DNA of 64,000 bases from Dehalococcoidia bacterium (lineage in GTDB: Bacteria; Chloroflexota; Dehalococcoidia; UBA2979): assembly GCA_965262725.1 (NCBI GenBank), contig OZ253555.1:1536001-1600000 (forward strand), written 5' to 3'. The position numbers were made by a program, and so were the translations under genes. The notes under the pieces are model-generated. The model saw nothing but the letters and a program-made list of their open reading frames with translations. It was not told the DNA's origin and made no database searches. The number at the start of each line of letters is the position of its first letter. Position 1 is the first letter of the stretch. Positions 1 through 9,846 of this stretch are shown here, in pieces.

Positions 1-549
1 GCCTCCGCGCAGACCCATGGTTCGCGCTTCTCTCAGCTCGGGGTCGAGACCGTCGAGCCGATCGTCTGTCGGGGTGTGCTCCTGGACATCGCGGCGGCGC
101 GTGGGGTGGACGTGCTCGCCCCCGGCGAGCCCATCACGGCCGGGGATCTTGCCGCCGCCGCCGAGCGGGCGGGGGTCGAGGTGGGGGCCGGAGATGCGGT
201 CCTCGTGCGCTCCGGCTGGGCACGCTACTGGGACGATCCTCCGCGCTACATCGGTCACGATTCGGGCGTGCCCGGCCCGGAGGAGGGCGCCGCGCGATGG
301 CTCGCCGATCGCGGCATCCTCGTCACCGCGCACGACTCCATGGCATACGAGCATCTGCCGCCCGGGTCCGGTCACCGCCTGCTTCCCGTCCACCGTATCC
401 TGCTCGTGGAGGCGGGCGTCTTCATCATCGAGAACGCGAACATGGAGGCGCTCGCCGCCGCGGGCGTGTGCGAGTTCCTCTTCTCCGTGAGCCCGCTTCC
501 CTTCGTCGGCGGGACGGGCTCCCCGGTCCGCCCCGTCGCCGTCGCCTAG
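1..549 (+). CDS. Cyclase / kynurenine formamidase-like protein (5'-partial)
   Basis: Frame is open from position 1. It has RGVLLD, VLVRSGW, PVHRILLVEAGVFIIEN and C-terminal GGTGSPVRPVA motifs typical of the cyclase family. Confidence 0.85.
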   Translation, partial: ASAQTHGSRFSQLGVETVEPIVCRGVLLDIAAARGVDVLAPGEPITAGDLAAAAERAGVEVGAGDAVLVRSGWARYWDDPPRYIGHDSGVPGPEEGAARWLADRGILVTAHDSMAYEHLPPGSGHRLLPVHRILLVEAGVFIIENANMEALAAAGVCEFLFSVSPLPFVGGTGSPVRPVAVA

Positions 550-593
550 CGTCGGCGACCGGCGCGCGCGCCCAGGCAGGGGGGAGGCGATGC

Positions 594-2009
594 ATGGCTA
601 AGCAGGGCGATGAGACGATCCTGCGCACGCTCTCCGAGTTCATGGTGGGGACGGCGCCGGAGACCCTGCCGGCGGACGTCGCCTCGAGCGCCCGGCAGCG
701 CGTCCTCGACGCGCTCGGGATCTGCCTGGCGGCCGACGCCCTGGGGCTGGGCGACGGGGCGTGGGAGATCGTCCGGGAGTGGGGCGGCCGCGGGGAGTCG
801 AGCGTCGTCGCTCGCGAGGGCCGCTTCCCGGCCCCGCAGGCGGCTCTGGTGAACGGGACGCTCGCGCACAGCCTCGACTTCGACGACACCCATCTCCCCT
901 CGGTTCTGCACCCGAGTGCCTCCGTCGTGCCGGCCGTCTTGGCACAGGCGGAGGCATCCGGCGCAAGCGGCGCGCAGGCGCTCGCGGCCGTGGCGTCGGG
1001 CCTCGAGGTCTGCGTGCGGCTGGGGATGGGTGGCTACCTCGAAGAGGAGGGGAACATCTTCTTCGAGAAGGGGTGGCACGCAACATCGATCTGCGGCGCG
1101 ATCGCGTCGGCCGCAGCGGGCGCCCGCCTGCTCGGCCTCGACGCAGCCGGTATCGGCCACGCGATGGGTATCGCCTCGAGCATGGCGGGCGGTCTCATCG
1201 AGTCCAACCGCGCCGGCGGCACCGTCAAGCGTCTGCACTGCGGGTGGGCGGCACACTCTGGCCTCACGGCCGCGCGGCTCGCCCAGCACGGCTACACCGG
1301 CCCCCCCACCGTTTTCGAGGGCCGCTTCGGCTTCTACAACGCCTATTGCGACGGTCGCTACGACAAGGAGGCGATCCTCGGCGGACTCGGCGAACGCTGG
1401 GAGGTTCCCGGGATCTTCTTCAAGCCCTACCCGGCGAATCACTACACGCATGCGGGAATCGACGCGGCACTCACCATCCGCGCGAGGCATGGCGTGGACG
1501 CGGACCGAATTGCGCGGATACGCCTCGGAGGAGCGACGTCCGCACTCCGCACGATCGGTGAGCCCCGCGAGGAGAAGCTGCACCCGCAGTCCGGGTACCA
1601 CGCGCAGTTCAGTGGGCCGTTCACGGTCGCGGCCGCATTGCTAGGGGGCGGCGGTCTGGGGCTCTCCTTCGAGGACTTCACCGACGAGCGCGCCGCCGAT
1701 CCCCGCGTGCTCGCGCTCGCCGCGAAGGTGGAGACCTACGCCGATCCGGAGTGTGATCGCATCTTCCCGATGCAGTTCCCCGCCGTGCTGAGCGTGGAGA
1801 TGGATGACGGGACCGTCTTCGAGGAGCGCGTGCTCGTGAACCGCGGCGGCCCCGGTAATCCCCTCACCGACGGCGAGCTGCGGACGAAGTTCCGGATCAA
1901 CGCGGAGCGAGCACTCCCGGCGGGGCGCGTGCAGGAACTCGCCGCGGCCTGTGACGCGCTCGCGGATGCACCGGGCGTCGCGGGGCTGCTCGACCTGACG
2001 CGGTCTTAG
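594..2009 (+). CDS. MmgE/PrpD family protein
   Basis: AALVNGTLAHSLDFDDTH, LHPSASVVPA, GWHATS and FKPYPANHYTH motifs. ATG at 594 follows GGAGG. Confidence 0.9.
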   Translation: MAKQGDETILRTLSEFMVGTAPETLPADVASSARQRVLDALGICLAADALGLGDGAWEIVREWGGRGESSVVAREGRFPAPQAALVNGTLAHSLDFDDTHLPSVLHPSASVVPAVLAQAEASGASGAQALAAVASGLEVCVRLGMGGYLEEEGNIFFEKGWHATSICGAIASAAAGARLLGLDAAGIGHAMGIASSMAGGLIESNRAGGTVKRLHCGWAAHSGLTAARLAQHGYTGPPTVFEGRFGFYNAYCDGRYDKEAILGGLGERWEVPGIFFKPYPANHYTHAGIDAALTIRARHGVDADRIARIRLGGATSALRTIGEPREEKLHPQSGYHAQFSGPFTVAAALLGGGGLGLSFEDFTDERAADPRVLALAAKVETYADPECDRIFPMQFPAVLSVEMDDGTVFEERVLVNRGGPGNPLTDGELRTKFRINAERALPAGRVQELAAACDALADAPGVAGLLDLTRS

Positions 2010-2083
2010 CGGGGGTCCTCGGCGCAACTTCTAGCGAACATGGACGGTTCGATGCCCCCGGGTCCCCGGGGAGCCTGGCGCTG

Positions 2084-2353
2084 CTAGACTCCGGGCGGGT
2101 AGGGAGGTTGCCGCTGGGCTTCCTCCCACGCCTCATCGCTGAGCCCGGGCTGCCCGGTGCGGCCCTCTCGAGGTAGGTGCGCGTCGCTCGCGGGGCTGCG
2201 CGATGCGGGCACCGCGCTCAGAACGACGGCGATCGCGCCGAGCAGGAGGAAGCAGACGATCCCCGCGACGCCCCAGGGCTCGGGGATCGCCCAAAGTGAG
2301 AGCCCGATGGCGAGCGCCAAGACGGCGGTGACGTTGCGGATGCGCGTGCGCAT
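2084..2353 (-). CDS. Small hypothetical membrane protein (2 TM)
   Basis: 89-aa ORF with two hydrophobic segments, filling the gap between neighbouring genes. Confidence 0.55.
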   Translation of the reverse strand: MRTRIRNVTAVLALAIGLSLWAIPEPWGVAGIVCFLLLGAIAVVLSAVPASRSPASDAHLPREGRTGQPGLSDEAWEEAQRQPPYPPGV

Positions 2354-2418
2354 GGGTCAGTCTCCGCGTCGAGCGTAGCAGCACGCGGTGTTGCCGTGGC
2401 GCCAGGATGATGAGGAGG

Positions 2419-2817
2419 ATGCGGGTGCGCAAGCTGAGCCGTGACGAACTAGTCTCACTTGTCGTCGGCGACTACTTCGGTAAGACCGACGTGCGGCGGC
2501 TCGACGAGGTGCTGGAGACGATGCAACCCGACGTGACGTTTACGATCCCCACCCACGACATTCACCACGCCGGACGCGACACTGGTATCCGCACGATGTT
2601 CGAGCGGCTCTTCCAAGAGCACGCCGCCGTGTGGCACGGGGATTTCCACCATGTCGTCGATGTCGACGAGCAGTGGATATCAAGCCAGTTCACCGTCCGG
2701 AACACCGAGCACGACGGCTCGGTGACGGAGAAGCACAACTGCAATTTCTTTGAGGTCGTCGACGGGAAGTTCAGCCGCGTCTGGGTCTACATGCAGGGAG
2801 AGAACACGCTCAACTGA
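2419..2817 (+). CDS. NTF2/SnoaL-like fold protein
   Basis: About 130 aa with pattern DYF..TD...LDEVL...PDVTF and C-terminal CNFFEVVDGKFSRVWVY. GAGGAGG lies before the ATG. Alternative start at 2407. Confidence 0.75.
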   Translation: MRVRKLSRDELVSLVVGDYFGKTDVRRLDEVLETMQPDVTFTIPTHDIHHAGRDTGIRTMFERLFQEHAAVWHGDFHHVVDVDEQWISSQFTVRNTEHDGSVTEKHNCNFFEVVDGKFSRVWVYMQGENTLN

Positions 2818-3027
2818 CTCGGCACTCGGGCTGGGATCAGGGGCGGAGGCCCGTCCCATCGGCGTGTGCACCGGACACGGCGAGGGGGACGCACGCGAGG
2901 ACCGGTCCCTGAGGATGTCCCCTGCACTACCGCGCTCCGTGCGGGGGCATCGCTTCTGGCTCCTACCCTGCAGCGGGCCGATCGCTATCTCCGCGCCCGC
3001 TCTCGGCGTACGCTCGTCCGGCACTCG

Positions 3028-3104
3028 GGGCGATTAGCTCAGCTGGCGAGAGCATCCGGTTTACACCCGGAAGGTCGGAGGTTCGAGTCCTTCATCGCCC
3101 ACCA
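3028..3104 (+). tRNA. tRNA-Val(TAC)
   Basis: Acceptor GGGCGAT/ATCGCCC, anticodon arm TCCGG-TTTACAC-CCGGA, GGTTCGAGTCC T-arm, encoded CCA. Confidence 0.97.
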
Positions 3105-3213
3105 TGACGTAGTGAACTGCGAACTCCGCCGCTGAAGGCGACCTCAGCGTTGTCCAGAGCGCCGTTCTCAACAAGGACATGTGTTAGACCATGCCCGACC
3201 GAGGAAACACAGC

Positions 3214-3369
3214 ATGCGCGCAAATCGGGCGATCGGTTTGGGCATCGCTCTCGGAGCTGGAGCAGGCGTAGGCATCGGCGCGGCACTCGGCAACATCGGC
3301 GTCGGTGTGGCAGTAGGAGTTGCCGTGGGCGTAGCGCTCAGCGCAAGTTGGGGCCGACATCGTCGCTAG
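3214..3369 (+). CDS. Small glycine-zipper membrane peptide
   Basis: MRANRAIGLGIALGAGAGVGIGAALGNIGVGVAVGVAVGVAL has GxxxG repeats. GAGG RBS lies upstream of the ATG. Confidence 0.65.
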   Translation: MRANRAIGLGIALGAGAGVGIGAALGNIGVGVAVGVAVGVALSASWGRHRR

Positions 3370-3650
3370 GGTCGGTGCTAGCATTCCCTGGTCCAAGGCA
3401 CCCTCACTGAATCCTCATAGCAGAACCTCCCACCAAAAAAGTTCGCAGTTCGGTACGCCCTGGCCCACCGACACGTACCGTACTCACAACTCGGCCCGAT
3501 AAGGCGACCTCCGCGGCGTCGGCGCCCCCGATGGGGCTGTCCTTCGGCGTTGGAATCGCGTAGTGCAGATGGCCACGCGGATCCGGCAGGCGGCCGCCCT
3601 GCCCGGGTGGCGCGGGTTCTGGCGAGCCGCGACGTGTAGGCCCGCAGCCA

Positions 3651-5243
3651 CTAGCGAGCAGCGCCTCCGCGCGGTTCCCCGCCCGCTGCTTTGTCGCCGG
3701 ATTCACCTTTCGCCCCCACGGGGAGGTGGCGCGCCGGCATGAACCTCCCGACGAGCACCGCGCCCGCGAGGGCGACTCCCGCTCCCGCGAGCACGGCGAC
3801 GCCGAGCGCGTCGGTGAACGCGATCTGCGCCGCGTCCTCGAGCTCGCGGGCGGCCTCGGCGGGCAACATCGACGCCACCCTGATTGCGGCTCCCACCGAG
3901 TCGCTCGCGGGCTCGGCGGCCTGCGGCGGCAGGCCGGCGACGGCCGCGTCCATGCGACCGGCGTAGGCGGTGTTGATGACGGAGCCGACGACGGCGACGC
4001 CGAAGGCTCCCGCCACCTGGCGCGTCACGTCGTTCATCGCCGAGGCGATGCCGGCGTTGGCCTCGGGGACCGCTCCCATCACCGAGTCGGTGGAGGGCGC
4101 CATGACGTTGCCCATGCCGAAGGCGAGCAGGAAGAAGGTCAGGCCGACGATTGCGTAGGGCGTGTCCGGCTGCCAGAGGCTGATGCTCACGAGGACTCCG
4201 GTCACGACGACAAGGCCCATGGCCACCACCCTGTTGGTGCCCAGCCTTCCGACCAAACGGTCGCTCATGCCCGCACCGACCGCGACGCCCAGCGCTACCG
4301 GAACCATCCTCAGGCCCGCCTCGAGCGGCGTGTAGTTCTGGACGAACTGCAGGTACTGCGTCATCCCGAAGATCATCCCGAAGAGGGCGAAGAACCCGAC
4401 CGCGATCGCCCCCGCCCCCGCCGAGAAGCGCAGGTTCCTGAAGAACGCGAGGTTGAGCATCGGGTGGTCGGTGCGGAACTCCCAGTAGAGGAACGCCGCG
4501 ACGAGAACCACGCCGCTCGCAAGGCCCCCGACGATCAGGACGTCCGTCCAGCCCCTAGCCGGGGCCTCGATGATCGAGTAGACGAGCGTCGTCACGGCTG
4601 CGATTGAGAGCCCGGCGCCGGGGAGGTCCAGCGACGGCGCATGCGGGTCCTTGCTCTCCGGGACGAGGAGGAGTCCGGCCACGAGGGCGACCGCGACAAT
4701 CGGGATGTTGACGAAGAACACGGACCCCCACCAGAAGTGCTCCAGCAGGAAGCCGCCGGTGAGCGGGCCGAGTCCGACGCCCAGCCCGGAGATCGCCGCC
4801 CAGACGCTGATCGCCCGGCCGCGCTCCTCCCTGGGGAAGACGTCGGTGAGGATCGAGAGGGTGGACGGCATGATCAGCGCGCCGCCGATGCCCAGCAGGG
4901 CGCGGGCCGCGATGAGCTGCGCGCTCGACTGCGAGTAGGCCGCGAGGAAGCTCGACACCCCGAAGGCGACGAGCCCCACCTGCAGCGCGCGCTTGCGGCC
5001 GAAGCGATCGCCGAGCGACCCCATCGTCAGTAGCAGTCCGGCGAAGACGAGGATGTAGGCGTCGACCATCCACTGCAGGGCGGTGGCGCTCGCATCGAAC
5101 TCCCGCTGAAGCGTCGGGAGCGCGACATTGAGGATCGTGTTGTCGAGCCCGATGATCAGAAGGCTCATCGAGAGGATGCCGAGGGTCCACCAGCGCCTGC
5201 CGTACGCAGTCGACCGAGCCGAGTCTGAGTTCGCCTCCGTCAC
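3651..5243 (-). CDS. MFS drug:H+ antiporter, DHA2 (EmrB/QacA-like, 14 TM)
   Basis: LDNTILNVALP, GSLGDRFGRKR, GPLTGG and WGSVFFVNIP motifs. Confidence 0.92.
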   Translation of the reverse strand: MTEANSDSARSTAYGRRWWTLGILSMSLLIIGLDNTILNVALPTLQREFDASATALQWMVDAYILVFAGLLLTMGSLGDRFGRKRALQVGLVAFGVSSFLAAYSQSSAQLIAARALLGIGGALIMPSTLSILTDVFPREERGRAISVWAAISGLGVGLGPLTGGFLLEHFWWGSVFFVNIPIVAVALVAGLLLVPESKDPHAPSLDLPGAGLSIAAVTTLVYSIIEAPARGWTDVLIVGGLASGVVLVAAFLYWEFRTDHPMLNLAFFRNLRFSAGAGAIAVGFFALFGMIFGMTQYLQFVQNYTPLEAGLRMVPVALGVAVGAGMSDRLVGRLGTNRVVAMGLVVVTGVLVSISLWQPDTPYAIVGLTFFLLAFGMGNVMAPSTDSVMGAVPEANAGIASAMNDVTRQVAGAFGVAVVGSVINTAYAGRMDAAVAGLPPQAAEPASDSVGAAIRVASMLPAEAARELEDAAQIAFTDALGVAVLAGAGVALAGAVLVGRFMPARHLPVGAKGESGDKAAGGEPRGGAAR

Positions 5244-5387
5244 ACGTCGCTCCTTCTCATCGCCGCGAGCGTACGGAGGGCGACCCGGCGACGCCTACCC
5301 AGGTGAGGCGCAGGTGATGCCGCCCGCAGCGGGCGCCCGCCTGCCGACGGTCGTTCTGCGCACGAACGTGGCGCGGTTCCCCGCAAG

Positions 5388-6029
5388 TCAGCCGGCGTCG
5401 GACGATCCGCCCGTGTAGAACGCCGTCGTCCGCATCGCCGCCGCCAGCGCCGCGTCGGGCTCGGTCCCGGCCGCGATCGCCGCTCGCGCCCACGCCTCGC
5501 TGCTTCCCACGATGAAGGCCTTGCCGTCGGGTGATGCGCCAAACGCGGCTTCGTCCAGTCTCGGCTCGTTCGGCCGCTTGAGATGGACCGCGAGTCCCAG
5601 CAGCGCCAGCTCCCACCCGACGCCGACCGCGCCCGGCCCGTATTCCCCCCAGTGGTCCGAGAGGTGCTGCGCGTGCGCGAGGGTCAGCCGCATGCGGCCA
5701 TCGCCCTCGTCGGAGAGGCGGACCTCCACCCAGCTGACGTTCTCCCCGAACTCCCAGGTGAGCGCGAAGCGTGACCCTCGTTCGCACTCCGTAATCACGC
5801 CGCTCGCGTTGCCTTCCAGTCGATAGCGCCCGCCGGCTTCGAGCTCACCGCTGATCGGCAGGAACCAGCGCTCGATGCGTTCGCTCCGAGTCAAGGCATC
5901 CCACAGAGCCTGCAGCGTCGTCGTGTAGCTCCGAGAGAACGTCACGGTGCGAGCGGACTCGCCGTCGCGCTCTCGCGTCGACACGGCGCGCTTGACGGCG
6001 TTGAGGTGACTCTCGATACCGGCGTGCAT
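5388..6029 (-). CDS. SRPBCC/AHSA1-like (START fold) protein
   Basis: LWDALT..ERI.RWFLPISGEL..GGRY.LEGNA.G and GPGAVGVGW motifs. Confidence 0.8.
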   Translation of the reverse strand: MHAGIESHLNAVKRAVSTRERDGESARTVTFSRSYTTTLQALWDALTRSERIERWFLPISGELEAGGRYRLEGNASGVITECERGSRFALTWEFGENVSWVEVRLSDEGDGRMRLTLAHAQHLSDHWGEYGPGAVGVGWELALLGLAVHLKRPNEPRLDEAAFGASPDGKAFIVGSSEAWARAAIAAGTEPDAALAAAMRTTAFYTGGSSDAG

Positions 6030-6084
6030 GGTTCTCCCTCGCGCGCAGCCGCCCGGCCGGCGAGAGCGTCCGCGGCTCGCCCGC

Positions 6085-7519
6085 CTAGGCGCCGGTGCGC
6101 TCCGCCCGCTCCGCGATCGCGCGCGGCAGGCGCGCGAAGATGCGGCGATGGACGGGCCAGAGCGCGTACCAGTAGAGCAGCCCGGGTGCGCCCGCGGGGT
6201 GGAAGTGCGCTTGAAGCACGACGCTCGATCCCCGGTCGCAGGGCTCGACGGCGAGCTCGAGGATCGCCGAACCCGGGAGCCTCATCTCGGCGAACAGCGT
6301 CAGCCGGCGCTCCGGCTCGACGGCCGCCACGCGCCAGAAGTCGAGCGGGTCGCCGGCTCTCAACTCGCTCGGATGACGCCGCCCCCGCCGCATCCCGGCG
6401 CCTCCCACCAGTCGGTCGAGCAGGCCGCGCAGTCGCCACAATGCGTTCGTGTAGTACCAGCCCTGCTCTCCACCGATCGCGGTGATCTCGGCCCACGCCG
6501 CAGCCGGCGGCGCGGCGCAGCGAGCTTCGTAGCGGGCAGACTTGCCATAATAGGAGACGTCGTGCCGCTGCTGGCGGAAGCCGAAAGCGCCCTCGGTCCA
6601 GCGGACCGGCAGCGCGGCCTTCGCCTCAGCGTCGAGCGCGGCGCGCACCGCCTGCTCGTAGCTGGCCTGAGGCCACGGGAGTAGCTCGCGCAGCTCGTCC
6701 GGGCGCTCGGAGACGAGGTCGTGTTTCAACCCGTCGATGAGCGGCCTCGCCACTCGCGCCGGGACGGAGGTGACGAGGTCCAGCCACCACGAGGAGAGCC
6801 GCGGGCTCAGCACGGGCACCGGGACGATCCGGAGCGGCCTCCTGACCACCCGCGCGAACTGCCGCAGCAGCTCCTCGTAGGTCAGCGTCTGCGGCCCCAC
6901 GGCGTCGTAGGTCTTCCCCGCCGTCTCCTCTAGTTCGGGTAGCCGAACTAGGATCTCGAGCAGGTCGTCGAGCGCGATGGGCTGGCTGCGCGAGTGCACC
7001 CAGCGGGGCGTGACCATCAGCGGCAGGTGGTAGACGAGGTCGCGGATCACCTTCGAAGGCGGCGGAGCCGGGGCCGACGACGATACCGGCACGGATCTCG
7101 GTGACGGGCACGGGGCCCGCGCGCAGCCGCTCCCCCGTCTCGCGGCGCGACCTGAGGTGCGGCGACCCGTCCCGTACCGGCTGAAGGCCGCCGAGGTAGA
7201 TGATGCGCCGAACGCCCGCTCGTTCAGCGGCCGTACGGAAGTACTCCGCGGCCTCGCGATCGCGTGTGGCGAAGTCCGGCCCGGCCGCCATCGAGTGGAC
7301 GAGGTACCAGGCGATCTCGACGCCGTCGAGCGTGCGCGTCAGCGAGCCCGCGTCGAGTGCGTCCGCCTCTGTGATCTCGACGCCGTCCCAGCCGCGCGCC
7401 TCGAGCGCGTCGCGGCGGCGCGATGCGGCGCGTACGCGGTAGCCGCGCGCCACCAGCCGCGGCACGAGGTGCGTGCCGATGTACCCGCTCGCGCCGAGGA
7501 CGAGGACCGACCGCGCCAC
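6085..7519 (-). pseudogene. YbjT-like NAD(P)-binding SDR / DUF2867 protein, split by a 1-bp frameshift near 7051-7053
   Basis: The N-half (GASGYIG Rossmann motif ... GPGSAAFE) and C-half (VIRDLV...SQPIA...GGEQGWYY..LWRLRG..D) are in different frames. The junction reads TTC GAA G GTG ATC, one extra base. This may be an assembly error. Confidence 0.8.
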
Positions 7520-7568
7520 GGTGCCCCCTTCATGCTCGCCACTGCGCGCGCCGCGTCGCGGCGCGGCC

Positions 7569-8528
7569 TCAGCGCAGGGGCAGGTCGAGGACGGTCGCGA
7601 GGCCACGGCGGGTGTTCGGGATCACGCGGGCGGCCCGCAGCACGGCCGCCGCCGTGGCGTCGTCGCCGAAGACCCCGCCCTCGAACCGCAGCTTGAGCGG
7701 CGGCGTGCCGTCCACGACGATCTCGTCGAATTCCTCATCGACCGCTGCGTTCGCCTCGAAGTGCAGGCGGATGACGCGGCCGTCGGAGGTCGAGCCCGCG
7801 AGCGTCTCCAGCGTGCCCGTGACCAGCCCCTGCCCCTCGGCGTGGCAGGGGATCATCTCGTGCTGCCAGTCGCCGAGCGTCCAGCCCAGCGCGGTGGCCA
7901 GCAGCCACGCCGACTCCACGAGCCCGACATGGCCGAAGCCGCCCGCGTTGCGCTTCTCGCCCCACTGCCCCGGCGTCAGGCCCATCCCCACCTTCTGCTG
8001 GAACGGGACCCGTCGCCTCGACGGATCCTGCACGCGGCGCACTGAGACCGACGTGATGCTGTGGGAGATCGAGGCCAGCGAGGCGGGGAGCGCATCCATC
8101 AGGAATCCCGGATTGACGCCCGTCGCAACGACTGTGCGCTCCGCTCGTCGAGCCAGCAGATCGAGAGTGGCCGCGATCTCCGGGTGGCGCGCCTGGGCGA
8201 ACGTCAACTCCTCACAGGTTGAGACGACGTGCAGCTCCTGCCGCAATGCCTCTTCAATCTGCGGGGAGACCCGGTCGAGGTGGGAGCCGGTGCAGTGGAT
8301 GAGGATGCCGCCGTCCGATCGCGAATCGGCCCGAGCCGCGGCCAGAGATGGGTGGACCGTGATCTCCGGCGCGCCGTCTACGAAGTCCGCGAGCGGCCGT
8401 CCGGCCATCTCCGGATTGATCTCGACCGCACCGACGACCTCGAGAAGGGGGTCCTTGAGGGCGGCCTCGGCGATGAGCGCCCCGATGGGCCCCAAGCCCT
8501 GCACGATGACGGGCAGCGGCGCGTTCAT
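7569..8528 (-). CDS. NAD(P)-dependent dehydrogenase, DapB-like / 2,4-diaminopentanoate dehydrogenase family
   Basis: GLGPIG Rossmann motif, VVSTCEEL, TGVNPGFLMD, QQKVG.G, GHVGL.ES and GD.ATAA. Confidence 0.8.
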   Translation of the reverse strand: MNAPLPVIVQGLGPIGALIAEAALKDPLLEVVGAVEINPEMAGRPLADFVDGAPEITVHPSLAAARADSRSDGGILIHCTGSHLDRVSPQIEEALRQELHVVSTCEELTFAQARHPEIAATLDLLARRAERTVVATGVNPGFLMDALPASLASISHSITSVSVRRVQDPSRRRVPFQQKVGMGLTPGQWGEKRNAGGFGHVGLVESAWLLATALGWTLGDWQHEMIPCHAEGQGLVTGTLETLAGSTSDGRVIRLHFEANAAVDEEFDEIVVDGTPPLKLRFEGGVFGDDATAAAVLRAARVIPNTRRGLATVLDLPLR

Positions 8529-8766
8529 GTCGATCCTCCGGCATCTGGTGGGACTCTGGAGGTAGTTTCGGCGCTCTCAGCCGAAGGTGCCAACGGGCCC
8601 GGTGCGGCCTCGTTCGCTCACCCCGATCGCAGAGCCGGGTCCCTCGCGGCTCCTGGTTCCGGCGGGCCGGATCTGCTGTCCTCCCTGTGGAGCGGACCAT
8701 CGACGCTCCCGGTTCGGAGCATCGCCGCAGGAGCGGCCCGCCGCGCCGGATCGACCGGTCGCGGCA

Positions 8767-9816
8767 TCAGTTCCCGGGCGCCGGCGAGGAGTCCTCGAGC
8801 AGGGTCGCCCGCACGAGGAGCCGATTCTCGTACCCATCCCGTTGTTCGTCGAAGACTCCCCCGCAGGTGATCAGGATCAGGGCCGATCCCTCCCCGCCGG
8901 TCAGGACCTCGGTGAGAGTGAGGTCGGGGTCCACGCTCGCCGACCACTGCACCGCGTACACAAGCGGGTCCCCCGCCGTCCCACGGTGGAGCTCGATGCG
9001 GTCCCCTTCCCGCAGTACACCGAGCGACGCGAAGACGGCCAGCGAGCCCTCCCAGTCGAAGTGGCCGCCGAGGAGTGCCTGACCGGGATCGCCCGGGAGA
9101 GCCGTGATCTCGTACCACCCGACCGTTGCGCCGTCCTCCGGCACGTCCAGCTCGCCGCTCGCGGTGACTCCGAGGTCGACGATTGGCGCGGTCAGCCAGA
9201 TCTTCGGGATGCGCAGCTCCATCCCGCTGGCCGACCGTCTCTCGTCCGGGGCATCCGCGGGGGTGGCGGGGGCCTCGACGGTCGCCGGTTGCGACCCACC
9301 CGGCCTGCCGGAATCGACGGCAGCCGGCGCCTCCCGCACAGTCCGCACAGTCTCGATGTGGGCCTCGATGGCGACGGCAGTGTCCCGGGCGCGGACGGGC
9401 AAGGCCTCGATCACCACACCCGGCGCGTCCGAGCCCCCATCCACGGATGACCCGCCGGACACCTGACCCGCACGGGCGACGGGTGAGCCGTCACCGATCG
9501 CGATGACGAGAACCAGCACGATGCCCGCGACTGACGCTCGGGTCGCCGCGGTCGTTCGCGAGGGGGCGCGGCGACCCGCGGCACCTCTCGCCTCGTGACC
9601 GCCGCTCGGTGCCGCCAACCAGGCAGGCGGGGCTGTCGGCAGGGCGGTCCTGATGATCGCGACCGGAGCGGGAGGGGCGCGCACGCGCCCCCGGCGGTGC
9701 GGCGTCCCCCGTGCGAGACCGAGCAAGAAGCCGCAGGCAAGCCCGAAGCCGAGCTCGAGCAACCCCGCTGTCGCAATTGGCGGGCGCCCGCCGTCTGGTG
9801 GGGAGGGTGACGACAC
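8767..9816 (-). CDS. Class F sortase (start uncertain)
   Basis: LRIPKI...API..LG, VGWY....PG.PG.A.L.GH.D, L.LITCGG.FD and Y.NRL.V.A give the His/Cys/Arg triad in a class F context. Confidence 0.85.
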   Translation of the reverse strand: MSSPSPPDGGRPPIATAGLLELGFGLACGFLLGLARGTPHRRGRVRAPPAPVAIIRTALPTAPPAWLAAPSGGHEARGAAGRRAPSRTTAATRASVAGIVLVLVIAIGDGSPVARAGQVSGGSSVDGGSDAPGVVIEALPVRARDTAVAIEAHIETVRTVREAPAAVDSGRPGGSQPATVEAPATPADAPDERRSASGMELRIPKIWLTAPIVDLGVTASGELDVPEDGATVGWYEITALPGDPGQALLGGHFDWEGSLAVFASLGVLREGDRIELHRGTAGDPLVYAVQWSASVDPDLTLTEVLTGGEGSALILITCGGVFDEQRDGYENRLLVRATLLEDSSPAPGN

Positions 9817-9846
9817 CGGGTCCCCCTTAGGCGGTCCGGGGTCGCA

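Noticed and set aside
3105-3650. Possible integrative island at the tRNA-Val 3' end (somewhat lower GC)
   Set aside because: No integrase is present and I saw no duplicated tRNA 3' end in the window.
8530-8760. Riboswitch upstream of the DapB-like gene (CTCTCAG and CCGAAGG words, TTCGGC/GCCGAA hairpin)
   Set aside because: The glycine-riboswitch-like words are on the wrong strand and in the wrong order, and no lysine riboswitch core was found.
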